A DNA stretch of 64,000 nt from Rhynchopus sp. YZ270_cl-10 (GCA_964035575.1 OZ037836.1:1426001-1490000); one strand, 5' to 3'; positions 12,224 to 24,842 are shown, counted from the stretch's first letter. A program made the numbers and translations. The notes: generated by a model from the letters alone, not told the origin.

Positions 12224-12853
12224 ATGGGCCAACACACAAACGAGGAATCCGCCGCAGTCACCGGGACTGTTGTTGGCGTCTCTTACGGCGCTGACGTTCA
12301 GACCGTTCAGGTGCAGGGGGTGCCTGTCCCGAACAGCCGTGTTGTGGTCGTGGAGGAGGTGGGGCGTGAGGACTATCTGCCGGCATGCCTGGGAACGGCG
12401 CTGTGCGGGCCATTCGGTCTTTGTGCGACGTTTTTGTGCTGCCCGACACAGCACGGCAAGCTCGGAGCCGCAAGTGGGTGTGCTTGGAACACTCTCTGGA
12501 GGGTCTGCCTTTTCACCTCGGCGCTGATTCTCGTTGCGCTCAGCGTGATTAGCTGCGATCAGAGCCTCGCGCCGACGGACATCTCGAAGTCTGACTGCGA
12601 CAGCTACGGTGGCAACTTTACTGATGGGGGATGCTACAACGCGTGCCCAAGCGGATTCGACATTCGATTCAGCGAGTACCAGAACTTCTCGCAGTGGTGT
12701 GAAGATCCCGACCCAACCTGCACCGGAATGTCACAGTCCGATGTGATTTTTAACATTGTGACGTCGGTGATTATTTTTGCGATCGCAGTTCACTTCATTC
12801 GTAAATACTCGCGTGAAATCGAGGAATCCCCTCAATACACTTCTGTGGTTTAA
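12224..12853 (+). CDS. Cys-rich multi-pass membrane protein (209 aa)
   Basis: ATG follows an A/C-rich leader. Hydrophobic segments (PACLGTALCGPFGLCATFLCC; VCLFTSALILVALSVIS; VIFNIVTSVIIFAIAVHFI) flank a six-Cys loop with N-x-T/S sequons; the protein ends YTSVV. Confidence 0.8.
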   Translation: MGQHTNEESAAVTGTVVGVSYGADVQTVQVQGVPVPNSRVVVVEEVGREDYLPACLGTALCGPFGLCATFLCCPTQHGKLGAASGCAWNTLWRVCLFTSALILVALSVISCDQSLAPTDISKSDCDSYGGNFTDGGCYNACPSGFDIRFSEYQNFSQWCEDPDPTCTGMSQSDVIFNIVTSVIIFAIAVHFIRKYSREIEESPQYTSVV

Positions 12854-15062
12854 ATCTTCATTTTTATGGGGAAAAACAGAGTTTATTTTTCGATCCGGTT
12901 TTTCAGGCCTCAAGGGGGGTCGAAAATTTGTCAGTCGAGCCCGGGCGCGCTTCGCGCGCCCAGGTCCCCACCTTAGCTCAAGTTGGGGGCCTCCGGCGGA
13001 ATGTGAGAATTCCGTGGTTGCCCAACTGCGGAGTTCGGCACTTCCCTAATATTTACACCAGCACGAATTATCAGTAACCTCAGTACATTTACAAAAGAAA
13101 CGGCGGTCATGGCACCCATAGGTTCCTGGCGAAGCCACGGTACGCAACATTTCAAAAATTTGCGCTTAAAATTACACATTTTTACCGCCAAACTATGTCA
13201 TGGGAAGGGTGGGTTGCAAGATTGCGCCGCAGGCGCACGGTACGCTACTTTTTGTCTTTTGCCATGCTGCATGCTTCCTTTTCCTTCGGCGTTTGACTAA
13301 TTGAGTCGCGTTCTGGCTGCACAGAGTCACTTTGTTCACGAGGCACGAGGCTGAATATGGCCCCATGGCGAGTGCACATGTGGGTGCATGCCGGGCCACC
13401 CCCCCTGGAAATTTTTCGGCCCCCGGATTTTTTTTTCTCCACCCCCCCTGGACACGTCTGAAAAACCCCCCAAGGGGGGTCGAACCCCCCCCCACCCCCC
13501 CACAAAAAAATCTCTGGGGAAAAATGGAAAAAAAAAAAAAAGTACAGGAAAAATAGTGAGCAGATGGATTATTGCAATTTTTCAAAAAAAAAAAGAACGA
13601 AAAATACTTCAAAAAGTTCACATCGCCATTCTAATCGTGTGTCCCCACTCTTTTGTTATGTGCTCTCGAAAAGAAATCGGGGAACAAAGAAAATGATGTG
13701 TGTTTTATTATTATTTTTTTATTTTCTTCAAAAATGGAAAAAAAAAAAACAAAACTTAGTTTAATGGCTTTCAGCAATGTGTAGTCGTGATGGTGTTCAA
13801 CAAAACCATATAGTGGTGCACACTAGTATTGTACCATTTTTGGTAAGCAATGTTATTTCAATTGATGACGCAATAGGTGAGTGACGCCTCTTTGGCCAGT
13901 TGTGTGTGCACGTTTAGGATAAGGCAACTTCCCTCTTGATCCCTGCCGACCCCATTTTTCTTGGAGCTTTGAGGACCGTACATTGCGCCGTTCCCCAAAA
14001 AGGAATGGTGAAAAAAGTTTTCAAAAATAAAGACAAAACAAAGGTTAAATTGACTGCGTGTGTGTGTGTGTGTTTGATAACTAGTAGGGGTAATTCTTGC
14101 TCAGAATATGGCCCCAATGTGTGTGTGTGTGTGTTGTGTCTGCATTTGTTTTTTTGGTTTGCTACTTCTCTGACGTGATTAGGGTATGAGTGTGTTATGG
14201 AGAAAAATAAAGAGTAGTGTCAACAATTTTTATCCCCCTCCCAAAAAAAAAAAAAAACCTTCCGTAGTACAAAGGCTTCGGCCAACATTGAGTACAGACC
14301 CGAATTCTCCCACCTGGTGGGATTAATCGGCGATTGTCGACACAACAAAAAAAAAAGATATACTTTGGTCATGGATTTAATACACAACAGCCACAAGACA
14401 ATGCGTACATTTTATTTTTCAATTTCGTTTCAACCCCCCCTGACGGTGCGTGTCTATACATTGACTGCCACAGTTTTATTTTTGTTTATTTTTTATAAAA
14501 AAGATGGGATCATTTTTGTTGATCCAGATACCCATGCTTTCAATTTATTGAATGCATGGCATTATTGCTGAAATACTTTTTTACTTTCTTTTTTTGCAAA
14601 GGAAAATAAAGACGACAACAGACCCAATAACAGAATGGAATGAAATAAAATAGTGGAGCACACTGTAGGGTGGCTACACTAATACAACCAAGTTTTCAAA
14701 TAAAATATAAGCTTCAGCTGGCATTGAGGACAAAAGCCCACCAAAGGTTGGTACCAGGTTACCACTTTAAATCAAGAGTTATGCAGGCAAACTGCTCAAC
14801 TGCTCTGTCTACAAAATAAAAAACGACAACAAAAAAAAAAAAAAAAAAGAAAAAAAATGCACACACGATACAACCTTACTGTTTCATTCAATGCACGTCT
14901 GTTTGCTTAGGGTTCCCCCCTCTACCTATTCCTCTTCCATTTTCCTTTCTCTGTGCCAAGCAAAAGTCATGGCTCTCGCCGGGGGGTGATCGGGTTTTAA
15001 ATCACCCAAAAAAATTTTTTTTTTTAAAAAAGAGGGGTGATCCGGGTTTCGGATCACCCCTC

Positions 15063-15104
<42 letters not shown>

Positions 15105-16750
15105 GGTTGAACCAGAGCTCGCGCTAAAGTCCATCCCTCATCCCGGGATTTTTGGGGGTTTTGGTAGGAACGTTTTTTTTTTTGCAGTACGGGGATTTCA
15201 TTAAGAAACCAGAAGTTCTAATATTGTTGAGTAAGACCACCACATAGTGGGCTTGCATATACATGTGACCCCGCCGTGGAACGCAATTGGCTCGGAAAGT
15301 CAAAAGAAAGAGGAGAAAAAAGAAAAGGAAAAAAAAAAAAAAAAAGTTGGTTACCGTGCGCCTGCGGCGCTGCCTGTTCCCTTCCAGTTTCTACAGGCAA
15401 ACACTTGCCCCCTTTACCTTACACTGACGGGTTTTGACCAAAACCAAGAACTTGTCCATTTCGGCAAATTGACCCCACCACAGAACGGACGAATTCCGGA
15501 AATGCAAATGCCGGTGTTTTCGCGCATTTTCATGTTGCAAGACGTCAGGATCAGGGAGAGAAAATCTGGTTGTGGGATTTACATTGGCCCTCTTTACCCA
15601 CATGGATTTTGACCAAAACCAAAAAAATGGCCATTTCGGCAAAGTGACCCCACCACAGCGCGGACGGATTCCGGAAATTCCAATCGCGGTATGTTTTGGG
15701 GCTGAAAACCCACTGATTTTCAGGAGAAAAATTGCTTCCAAATCTCGGAATTTTCCGAATTTTCCTGAAAATGACCCTTGTTTACGAGTATGGGTTCATA
15801 TTTTGCGAAAATTTAAGTCACTAAAATTTTGTCCATTTTTCCGTATATACCCCACCACAAGCCGGGATTGGCCCGGAAATGCCACAAAACGGGGTTTCCG
15901 GGCCTCCCCAGCTAACCTTTTCAAGGAACGTTTTTCCGTACCCGAAATCCATTTTTTCCCCATTTTTCCCCATAATTAGCGCGACCACTGGGTTGAACCA
16001 CGGGAGTACCATGGGGAACTGGGTTGCTGACCGCATCATCCAGTCTGTACCTCAATTTTTTTTTGCCTGCGGCGCCATTTTTCCTTTTTTGCTCCGCAAA
16101 AAAGGTTTCGTTGAGTGAGTATGTGATGTAAAAGCTAGCTTTTTACACCGTACCTTAATTTTTTTTTCGCCTGCGGCGCCATTTTGTATTATTTTTTTTG
16201 CTCCGCAAAAAAAAGCACGTACAGTTCCTTATGTTCCCAATGTCCCTGGTCAGCAGTGCTGAAAAATTTTTTGGGCATAAAAACAAGCTGACCCCAAACG
16301 AGGGGAGAAAGCGCCTCGCCTCCCTGCACTGGCAGGGAGTCGCGCGCGCGAAGCGCGCGCGCGACCGCTTTTACGGGGGGAAAGCTCGGGGACCCCAAAT
16401 CACCCCCCATTTTGGCCAAAAGGGGTGATTGGCGAGAGCCCTGCCAAAAGTGTGAAAAAAAAAAAAATAAATAGTGAAGCACACCCTTAGGGTATCTACA
16501 CTAAAACAAACCAAGTTTCCAAAAAAAAAAAAAAAACAAAAAAAAAAAAGAATGCCTTTCTCTTTGTCATTTGGGGCTTTTGCTTATACCGTATTGTTTG
16601 TGGTGTCATCCCTCGGTATACTTTACCTTGCAACTCCGTGTCGTGCTTTCTGTACTAATGGCGTATCTTATCATTATGTTAGCTTTCCATACAATCGGAC
16701 ATACTCCAGTATGTCGCACTCAGCAGGGTCTCTGGCAGCGAAGCTGAGTT

Positions 16751-16839
16751 TGAGGAAGCTTGTGGTTGAAGCACGTCCGAAACGAAGCAGAGACGAATCC
16801 CCCGAGCAAAGCCAGAAGCGACAGAGACACGCACAATGA
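16751..16839 (+). pseudogene. 3' remnant of a UBL-LRR gene (NLS tail only) with family 3' flank
   Basis: RKLVVEARPKRSRDESPEQSQKRQRHAQ* plus the conserved ~180-bp downstream sequence; upstream is unrelated. Confidence 0.85.
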
Positions 16840-18011
16840 CGACGTGGTGTGTTGGTGGCAGGGCAGCACCTCCCCGAGGTGGAGGGTCTCTGGCAGTATG
16901 TCTGCTTGCGTCCTCTGGTTCGGAGAAGAAGAGGGGCACAGTCTTGCTCACCGTGGCACAGACTACTACTTGGTGCGAGAGGAGAGCTGTGCTGAGCAAG
17001 ACGTTCCACACATTGTGTTGGAGGCCGTGCAAGTGATGAGGTCTTTAGTTGCGTCCTTGGCAGATCAAACGTGATAGTATTTTTTATTTTTGTTGCATGT
17101 ATCTTCCAGTCCTGTGGCTTTGCACGAAGAGGTGTGAGGTGTCATGACGGAGGCGAGTGGCTTCCGTTTGTGTGTTCTGATGCACTGATGGCGTGCTTTC
17201 ACTTGATGGTGTGACTGGGGGGACTGAGGGGGGAGGACGCGCTGTGCTGTGCTTGGGGTGTTTGTGCGGAAGTCTTGGATGGTGGATGGCTGTCCTTGGG
17301 TGTGGGAGGTGCACCCATAATTTGTGGTGATGATGGGAAGCTGTGTCTGGCGGTAGGGTGCTTTCGTGCATTTGTCTGGCACCTCAGCTTGTCTGTGGTT
17401 GCAGCACGAGAGCACCTTTGGCGTTCTTCCTTGCGTGGGGTGGGTGGAGACAGCGTGGAGGCTGTGCGGGTTTCTTGTGCAGAACGGGACAGGTAACGGT
17501 GCGTGAGAGGGGCAGGGGAAGGTGGGTTTGCTTTCGTGAGGAGGGAACGTCTGTGAAGGGCGCTGGTTCAGGGAGAGGGGGTGGAGAGGAGAGAGATCTG
17601 AAGTCGGGGGTTGTGGGTCGGGGAGAGGGACAGTGGGCATCGTTGTGTTGCATATCCTTGGATGTGTGCTGAGACAACGTTTGCGAAGTTGTCATTTCGG
17701 TGTTCCGTTGTTGCTTTGTTTGTGAGGATGATATGTGCGGTTACCCCTATCAACCGGCACAGCTGTCGCCATATTCACCTGAATTGTGCCTGTGTTAGTC
17801 ATACGTTTGACACACAAGTGCACACAACCGAGCACAATAACACCTTTCCCATTAAATTTCAAGGGCCAAAAACGGCACATGGTATTGCACTTTTGAACCC
17901 CTTCTCCCCACAGCGTTGGTGGGTAAGGTTCTTGAAAACGACCCCAGGTTTGTTGTCCTCCACACCCCACCACCACACACAGAGATCAGAACACAAAACC
18001 ACAACAAAGAC

Positions 18012-18902
18012 ATGGACCTGAACATCAAGGGTTTCGACACGAATCAGCACACAGTCGAGGTGGGTGAAGATGACACAGTGGAGGGCTTGCGGCGGAAGGT
18101 GGCGACTGCAATGGGGTTGCCTGAAGACGGCTTTTGCATGAGTTTCGGAGACGAAGCGATGGGAGAAGGAGCGGACATGACGCAGCTGAGTGCTGGTGAC
18201 ACAATCATCCTCACGAAGACGAAGAAGCAAGAAGCCATTGCAGAGCTTCATGCGTTGGGTGTGACCGACATCACAGCCGAGAAGTTGAAGAGTGTGAGGG
18301 ATCCTGAGGTGGCGTGTTTGCTTCTGCAGGCGGAGGTTGCGACTATCATTCCGGATTACTTCTTGTCATGCACTTCGTTGACGAGACTTGATCTCAGTGC
18401 TGAGTCCATCGTGACTCATATTGGAAACGGCTTCCTGGCAGACTGCACCTCGTTGACAAGTATCGAACTCTCTGGGTTGGGTAATGTGACGCAGGTTGGT
18501 GCGGGCTTCCTTCGCAACTGCAGAAGCTTAGCAACCCTAAATTTGTCACCACTCAGCAAGGTGACGAAGGTTGGTGACAGCTTTTTTTTCGGCTGCGTGA
18601 GCTTAACCACACTCAATTTATATCCACTCAGCAACGTGACGCAGGTTGGTGAGGACTTCCTTGGGTACTGCACCAGCTTAACGACCCTGGATCTGTCACC
18701 ACTCAGCAATGTGACGCATATTCGTAGCGGTTTTGGAGGTACGTATTTTGCTGTCGATTGCACTTCGTTGACGAGCATTTACCTTTCCGGCTGCAGCAGT
18801 GTTGTGTCCAACGAAGTGAGGAACGGCGAGCTGAGTAAGCTTGTGGTTGAAGCACGTCCGAAACGAAGCAGAGACGAATCCCCCGAGCAAAGCCAGAAGT
18901 GA
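18012..18902 (+). CDS. Ubiquitin-like domain + BspA/TpLRR-like LRR protein (296 aa, 6 LRR strands)
   Basis: MDLNIKGFDTNQHTVEVGEDDTVEGLRRKVA...QLSAGDTIILT follows the ubiquitin beta-grasp pattern, without a C-terminal GG. 25-aa repeats SLTTLDLSPLSNVTxVGxxFLxxC. Uninterrupted ORF. Confidence 0.9.
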   Translation: MDLNIKGFDTNQHTVEVGEDDTVEGLRRKVATAMGLPEDGFCMSFGDEAMGEGADMTQLSAGDTIILTKTKKQEAIAELHALGVTDITAEKLKSVRDPEVACLLLQAEVATIIPDYFLSCTSLTRLDLSAESIVTHIGNGFLADCTSLTSIELSGLGNVTQVGAGFLRNCRSLATLNLSPLSKVTKVGDSFFFGCVSLTTLNLYPLSNVTQVGEDFLGYCTSLTTLDLSPLSNVTHIRSGFGGTYFAVDCTSLTSIYLSGCSSVVSNEVRNGELSKLVVEARPKRSRDESPEQSQK

Positions 18903-19288
18903 CAGAGACACGCACAATGACGACGTGGTGTGTTGGTGGCAGGGCAGCACCTCCCCGAGGTGGAGGGTCTCTGGCAGTATGTCTGCTTGCGTCCTCTGGT
19001 TCGGAGAAGAAGAGGGGCACAGTCTTGCTCATCGTGGCACAGACTACTACTTGGTGCGAGAGGAGAGCTGTGCTGAGCAAGACGTTCCACACATTGTGTT
19101 ATGTTACGCTGTGTCCCCATTGTGAAGCTTTCTTTTCACTCCTCTGCCTTTTAGGCTTTGATCCTTTTTATTGATGTTTCTGACTCAATGACTCTATTTC
19201 TATTTTTCGGGGACATGACACTTGTGAGATATCGTAGTAATCTTTTAGTATACGCGAAGACGATTCTCGTATACGTTAATTCATCTAT

Positions 19289-19385
19289 CTTCTACTCGGA
19301 CTTTTTGCTCGATTTTTGATCCTGTGACCTCAGAAACGTTCTGAGTTCAAAGTAGCAAAAATCGAGCAAAAAGTCCGAGTGGAAG
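19289..19385. repeat. ~97-bp hairpin / mini foldback
   Basis: actcggactttttgctcgatttttg pairs with caaaaatcgagcaaaaagtccgagt, with inner ctcagaa/ttctgag. It is absent from the paralogous flank at ~43850. Confidence 0.8.
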
Positions 19386-21243
19386 TTAGCTAATGTGCAA
19401 AAAATTCAAAAGGTTACCTTTTAGGTGGGGGTTTATGAACTGTCCCATGTTGAACTTTTTCGAGAGGAGTTTTTATACTTTTTCAATAACAATTCAAACC
19501 CAAACCTTTGTATTTTAGTGTGATCTGGGGGTGAGGAAGCGTTTTAATATTTCAATGTCTCCCCCCATTTTTCTATTCGCGATTTTCCCACCCCCGTTTT
19601 TAGAATCAACAGAGTGTGTACGTTAAGATCTTGCCTTTTTGCATGCTACAGGAGGATTGGCCACTCCAATATGCATGAAGTTGTTTACTCTTTTGTCCCG
19701 AAGGTCAACACGAGGGCTTCTGCAGGGTCTGCTAAAGGACGTTCACGTGGGTGACTCTAAATGAGTTGACTGCAGACATGTGTGTGCAAAGGTACAAATG
19801 CAAATAATTCCACGAAAACAAAACAAAACAGAACAAAATACCGTAGCAGTGTGGCTACACTAATACAACTAAGTTTTCAAAATAGGAAAGAGAAGCATTC
19901 TGACACCTCCTGCAAAGCGTACTCCTTCTATTTGCTCTCTTTTAAGGATCCTGTGAAGACAAAACCGTGGCGGTATTCATTACAACGTACCTCCCCGCCC
20001 AACCCCCCCATACGCCCCCAAACGCCCCCAAACTCACCCCCGAATCAGGTGGTCATTGTCCAAAACACCGGGGAAAAATATTTTTTGGTCACAAAAATGC
20101 TCGAAAAACTCATTACTCTTTGCTTGTTGCTGAAAAAAAACCCCCCAACAAATCAGGCCAGTGTCTTAATAATAACACGAGGGAGGTATGCTGCCTGTAT
20201 ACTCTGCGTTGAAAAACGGGAAGACAGCGGGGAATGTTTAAAGCTCTACAGGCAGTTACAAGGAGGGAAGGGGAGCGTTTGTAGCTCACAAGCACCCCAA
20301 ACCCTGGCCTCTCTGTCCACAGCACACAGCTCTTCCTCTGAGTTCCATTTGTGCCTCAACATGGTGCTGAGCGCATCTTCAGTACGATGGGTGGATGAGC
20401 GAGAAGAGGCGCACCGACTAGTTGCACCAAAGCTGCACAAGCTTGTGGTCGTAGCGCGCAGTTTGCGCGAGAGCAAGCCGCCACAAGAGAATGGTTGGTG
20501 GGATGAGGAGAAGCTGGTGCAGGAGGAGAAGGAGCGTGCGGGAGCTATTGACTGCGACGCGACAGCTGAGGACCCCAAGGTTGATGATGCTGAGCATCAT
20601 GCTCTGACACCAGTGAAGGCTCTTGGGACTAAACGCATACAGCCTTGTCCGTACCCATTTTCCCCACACAAGTCACCACCCCCTTGTGACTTGCCTGTAA
20701 CAGTGTAAACGTTTCCCTCCCAACGCAAACCCGTTCAGTGTATCATGAACCACTGCAGTGACCCCTCCTTGTAACTTGCCTGTTAAGCTTGTAAACATTT
20801 CGCTTTCTCCTACCCTTGTGCTGAGGAAAACCAAAAAAACATGCTCAGAAGTACCTGCAAACCAAAAAATACCACACGTTTTTGGTATTTTATGGTATTT
20901 TTTGGTATTTTTTGAATCGAAAATTTGGGGGCCGGTATTTTATCATCCTTGGGGGGAGGACGCGCTTTGCTGTGCTTGGGGTGTTTGTGCGGAAGTCTTG
21001 GATGGTGGATGGCTGTCCTTGGGTGTGGGAGGTGCACCCATTGTTTGTGGTGATGATGGGAGGGGAAGCTGTGTCTGGCGGTGGGGTGCTTTCGTGTATT
21101 TGTCTGGCACCTCAGCTTGTCTGTGGTTGCAGCACGAGAGCACCTTTGGCGTTCTTCCTTGCGTGGGGTGGGTGGAGACAGCGTGGAGGCTGTGCGGGTT
21201 TCTTGTGCAGAACGCGGCAGGTAACGGTGCGTGAGAGGGGCAG

Positions 21244-22390
21244 ATACGTTCTCAATAATTTTGTGTATGCCTGGGGCTACACAATGAAAGTCTTGCGCAT
21301 GGCATCACTGCAGAGGAGACGACGAGGGCTGCTTCGACAGCGACCAGACTTGCCCACCGAAGAGTGACTGGGTGTACCTTCTGCAATGAAACGCCCACCT
21401 GCCAGTGGTCCAGCGCAGCTGTGGCGTGCGAGGACCACCCATGCTTCCCGCACTGCAGCGAGCTTCCCTCCTCGCGGACACTCCGAACAGCTGCGTCTGG
21501 GACACGACGACGCACACCTGCCAGAAGACCATCTGTGAAGACATTGCGACACCAACTGCGTGCACGAGCAACCCTGTGTGCACCTACTACATGGCCGCGA
21601 CTGCTTGCTTCCCTGCCCCATGCTCGGCCTCCACTGAGGCCGGCTGCATCGTACTGGGTGCAGGGTGCCTCCGTCAGCGCAGCGTGACGACACGCAATGC
21701 GAATTCAACACCTCGCAAACGGGCGTCGCGAAGAACTGCAATGACCTGGAGGAATGCGACTGCCGTGTGGACCCCGTCTGCTACTGGGACACAACCACCT
21801 CGCCAATCGAGAACACAAACGCGGCGTACGGGGAATGCCCTATTAGGACATCATCTTCTTGGTAGACACGTCGACGCATCCCGCCACTTTGGCAGACAGG
21901 CAAACGGATTCACCGGCGTGACGTCGCTTCTCCGCTCCTGGGCAGACACCCTCGCATGGTCCAGAGTACTTGGCAGAGTCGACGTATCAGCTCTCAGTGA
22001 TATTCGCGTTGGCGTTGGTGTCATTCAATTGGATGGAGGTGAGGTCAGACCTGTCAGGACCCGAAGCCTTTCCACACCAACAAGAACGACGAGCTGGTTC
22101 TGTGCGTGTGTGCCCGCTTCCGTCGAAGGCAACGCTTCTTTATAGGTGCGCTTGCGGACTGCCATGTGGGCGAATGTGTGATGCGCTGCATGGGTGCACA
22201 TGTACCGCTTCAGACCAAACTTGCACAGACACCGCCCGACTTGTTTGTTGAGCACGACTGGATGTGTGCGAGTCCTTCACCTGCAACCGGCAGTGCGACT
22301 GCACAAGTGTCTGGTGGCGTTCTCGATGAGTGACTTGTGGGTCTCGTCGACGAATAGGCCATTGCACAGTGGCTCCAATGATGCCCGATA
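21244..22390 (+). pseudogene. Frameshifted fragment of a Cys-rich repeat + von Willebrand A domain surface-protein gene
   Basis: Cys-rich units in several frames (CVWDTTTHTCQKTICED...CTSNPVCTYY; CRVDPVCYWD), then DIIFLVDTS (21847-21873, vWA strand A/MIDAS-like) and IRVGVGVIQL (~22002). Confidence 0.7.
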
Positions 22391-22484
22391 ATTATGCAGT
22401 TACTTTATTGTTTTGACACCCCGATCACCCCCAAGCACCCCACCACCACACACAGAAATCAGAACACAAAACCACAACAAAGAC

Positions 22485-24172
22485 ATGGACCTGAACATCA
22501 AGGGTTTCGACACGAATCAGCACACAGTCGAGGTGGGTGAAGATGACACAGTGGAGGGCTTGCGGCGGAAGGTGGCGTCTGCAATGGGGTTGCCTGAAGA
22601 CAGCTTTTGCATGAGTTTCGGAGACGAAGCGATGGGAGAAGGAGCGGACATGACGCAGCTGAGTGCTGGTGACACAATCATCCTCACGAAGACGAAGAAG
22701 CAAGAAGCCATTGCAGAGCTTCATGCGTTGGGTGTGACCGACATCACAGCCGAGAAGTTGGAGAGTGTGAGGGATCCTGAGGTGGCGTGTTTGCTTCTGC
22801 AGGCGGAGGTTGCGACTGTCATTCCGGATTACTTCTTGGCAGACACTTCGTTGACGAGACTTGATCTCAGTGCTGAGTCCATTGTGACTCACATTGGAGA
22901 CAGGTTCCTGTACAACTGCACCTCGTTGACAAGTATCGAGGGGACAAAAACGTGAGGTGGCAGCCCCCCGGCATTTTTGCCCTGGCGTCCCCGGATATAA
23001 TCTCTTTTTTTGTGAACGAAGGCCACGCGTGGGATGGTTGCATTGCACTTTTGCAAACCCGGGCACATGATACTGGAGGGTCCAAAGCAACTGGAGGAGG
23101 TGTATGCTGGGCTTTTTGTGCCCTCAGGGATTTAAGCGACCCTGCACCTACTTTACGACCATGCACAGCTTTTGCTTTTCTTTTCTTTGCTTTTCTTTGC
23201 TTTTTGTAGGTGCTAACCTGCGGCAGTGGTTTGCATCAGTTGGGTGTTCCACTCACCGCAGTTTAGAGAATTAGGAGATGCCAGTCATTCGTTCCTCCCA
23301 TTGGAATGACTGGTGGTTTTATTGTTGTTTATTTCTTTTGACGCTGCCAGAGTGCGGACCTTGAACTGGCTTATATACTGACCTAGGCCACCAGCGGTGG
23401 TATACGGCCCCTGTTCACTTAGGTGTCGCTTCTTTGTTGGGTATAAGTCAGCAAATGGGATCAAGCCACTCTCTGGCACACCGTGGTGCCATCCTTCCCT
23501 TTTGCTGGTTTTTCTTTTTGCGGGGGTGGATCACGTTTTTCAAGTTTAATCTCGTTGACAAGTATCGAACTCTCTGGGTTGAGCAATGTGACGGAGGTTG
23601 GCACGAGCTTCCTTTGGAACTGCAGCAGCTTAACGACCCTGGAGTTGTCGCCACTCAGCAATGTGACGCATGTTGGTGAGGCCTTTCTTGCCAACTGCGA
23701 GAGCTTAACCGATATCGATTTTTCTCCACTCAGCAACGTGACGCGGGTTGGTGGGTGTTTCCTTTACAACTGCAGCAGCTTAACAACGTTGGATGTGTCA
23801 CCACTCAGCAAGGTGACGAAGGTTGGTGACAACTTTCTTGCCGGCTGCGGGAGCTTAACCACCCTCAATTTATCTCCACTCAGCAACGTGACGGAGGTTG
23901 GTGCGTGGTTCCTTTCGAACTGCAGCAGCTTAACGACCCTGGATCTGTCATCATTCAGCAATGTGACGGATATGGGTAATAGTTTTGTAGGTACGCATTT
24001 CGCTGAGAGCTGCACTTCGTTGACGAGCATTTACCTTTCCGGCTGCAGCAGTGTTGTGTCCAACGAAGTGAGGAAGGGTGAGCTGAGTAAGCTTGTGGTT
24101 GAAGCACGTCCGAAACGAAGCAGAGACGAATCCCCCGAGCAAAGCCAGAAGCGACGGAGACACGCACAATGA
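22485..24172 (+). CDS. UBL-LRR gene (8 LRR strands) interrupted by a 611-bp insertion; otherwise intact
   Basis: Joining 22485-22939 to 23569-24172 gives 1059 nt of open frame ending KRRRHAQ*. Expression status unknown. Confidence 0.75.
22940..23029 (+). ncRNA. HDV-like self-cleaving ribozyme candidate
   Basis: P1 GGGGAC/GTCCCC; P2 GTGGC/GCCAC; P3 GCC/GGC; L3 CCCC..; P1.1 GG (22993-94); weak P4; J4/2 CGAA (23017-20). It starts at the first base of the insertion. Folded by eye. Confidence 0.6.
22940..23550 (+). mobile_element. Non-coding insertion with an 18-bp TSD (SINE/SIDER-like retroelement candidate)
   Basis: ctcgttgacaagtatcga at 22922-22939 and 23551-23568. The 3' ~350 bp recurs at ~38456-38812. 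Confidence 0.85.
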
Positions 24173-24629
24173 CGACGTGGTGTGTTGGTGGCAGGGCAGC
24201 ACCTCCCCGAGGTGGAGGGTCTCTGGCAGTATGTCTGCTTGCGTCCTCTGGTTCGGAGAAGAAGAGGGGCACAGTCTTGCTCACCGTGGCACAGACTACT
24301 ACTTGGTGCGAGAGGAGAGCTGTGCTGAGCAAGACGTTCCACACATTGTGTTATTTTACTCTGTCCTGCAAAAGAATCCCCACAAAAACCCATGTCTTAT
24401 TCATTACAACGCACCTCCCCGCCCAACCCCCCTTTTTTCTCTGTAATTCATCACTCTGAACTCGTTGACACCACGTGGTCTTTCACTGTCTTCTTGGTAT
24501 CTTGCACGAAGAGGTGTGAGGTGTGATGACGGAGGCGAGTGGCTTCCGTTGTGTGCTCTGATGCACTGATGGCGTGCTTTCACTTGATGGTGTGACTGGG
24601 GGGACTCAGGGGGGAGGACACGTTTTGCT

Positions 24630-24842
24630 GTGCTTGGGGTGCTTGGGGTGCTTGGGGTGCTTGGGGTGCTTGGGGTGCTTGGGGTGCTTGGGGTGCTTGG
24701 GGTGCTTGGGGTGCTTGGGGTGCTTGGGGTGCTTGGGGTGCTTGGGGTGCTTGGGGTGCTTGGGGTGTTTGGGGTGCTTGGGGTGCTTGGGGTGCTTGGG
24801 GTGCTTGGGGTGCTTGGGGTGCTTGGGGTGCTTGGGGTGCTT
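24630..24842. repeat. (GTGCTTGGG)n 9-mer G-rich satellite, ~23 units
   Basis: Seen directly; the motif is present only once or twice in paralogous intergenic units. Confidence 0.97.

Noticed and set aside
18340..18460. Diversity-generating retroelement (adenine-specific) explanation for LRR variability
   Set aside because: Some variable codons fit NNC, but third positions also vary (GGG, AAG, TGG, GAG). No invariant template repeat or reverse transcriptase is visible in the window.
19782..20708. 308-aa ORF, including LHKLVVVAR resembling the family's LSKLVVEAR
   Set aside because: The first half is repeat-derived intergenic sequence and the similarity is too short; at most a diverged fragment.
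22940..23550. Canonical GT-AG intron or TIR transposon interpretation of the 18-bp-TSD inserts
   Set aside because: No frame-restoring GT..AG boundaries were found by eye. Only a 10-bp subterminal inverted match (aaaaacgtga/tcacgttttt) exists in this insert, and none in the others.
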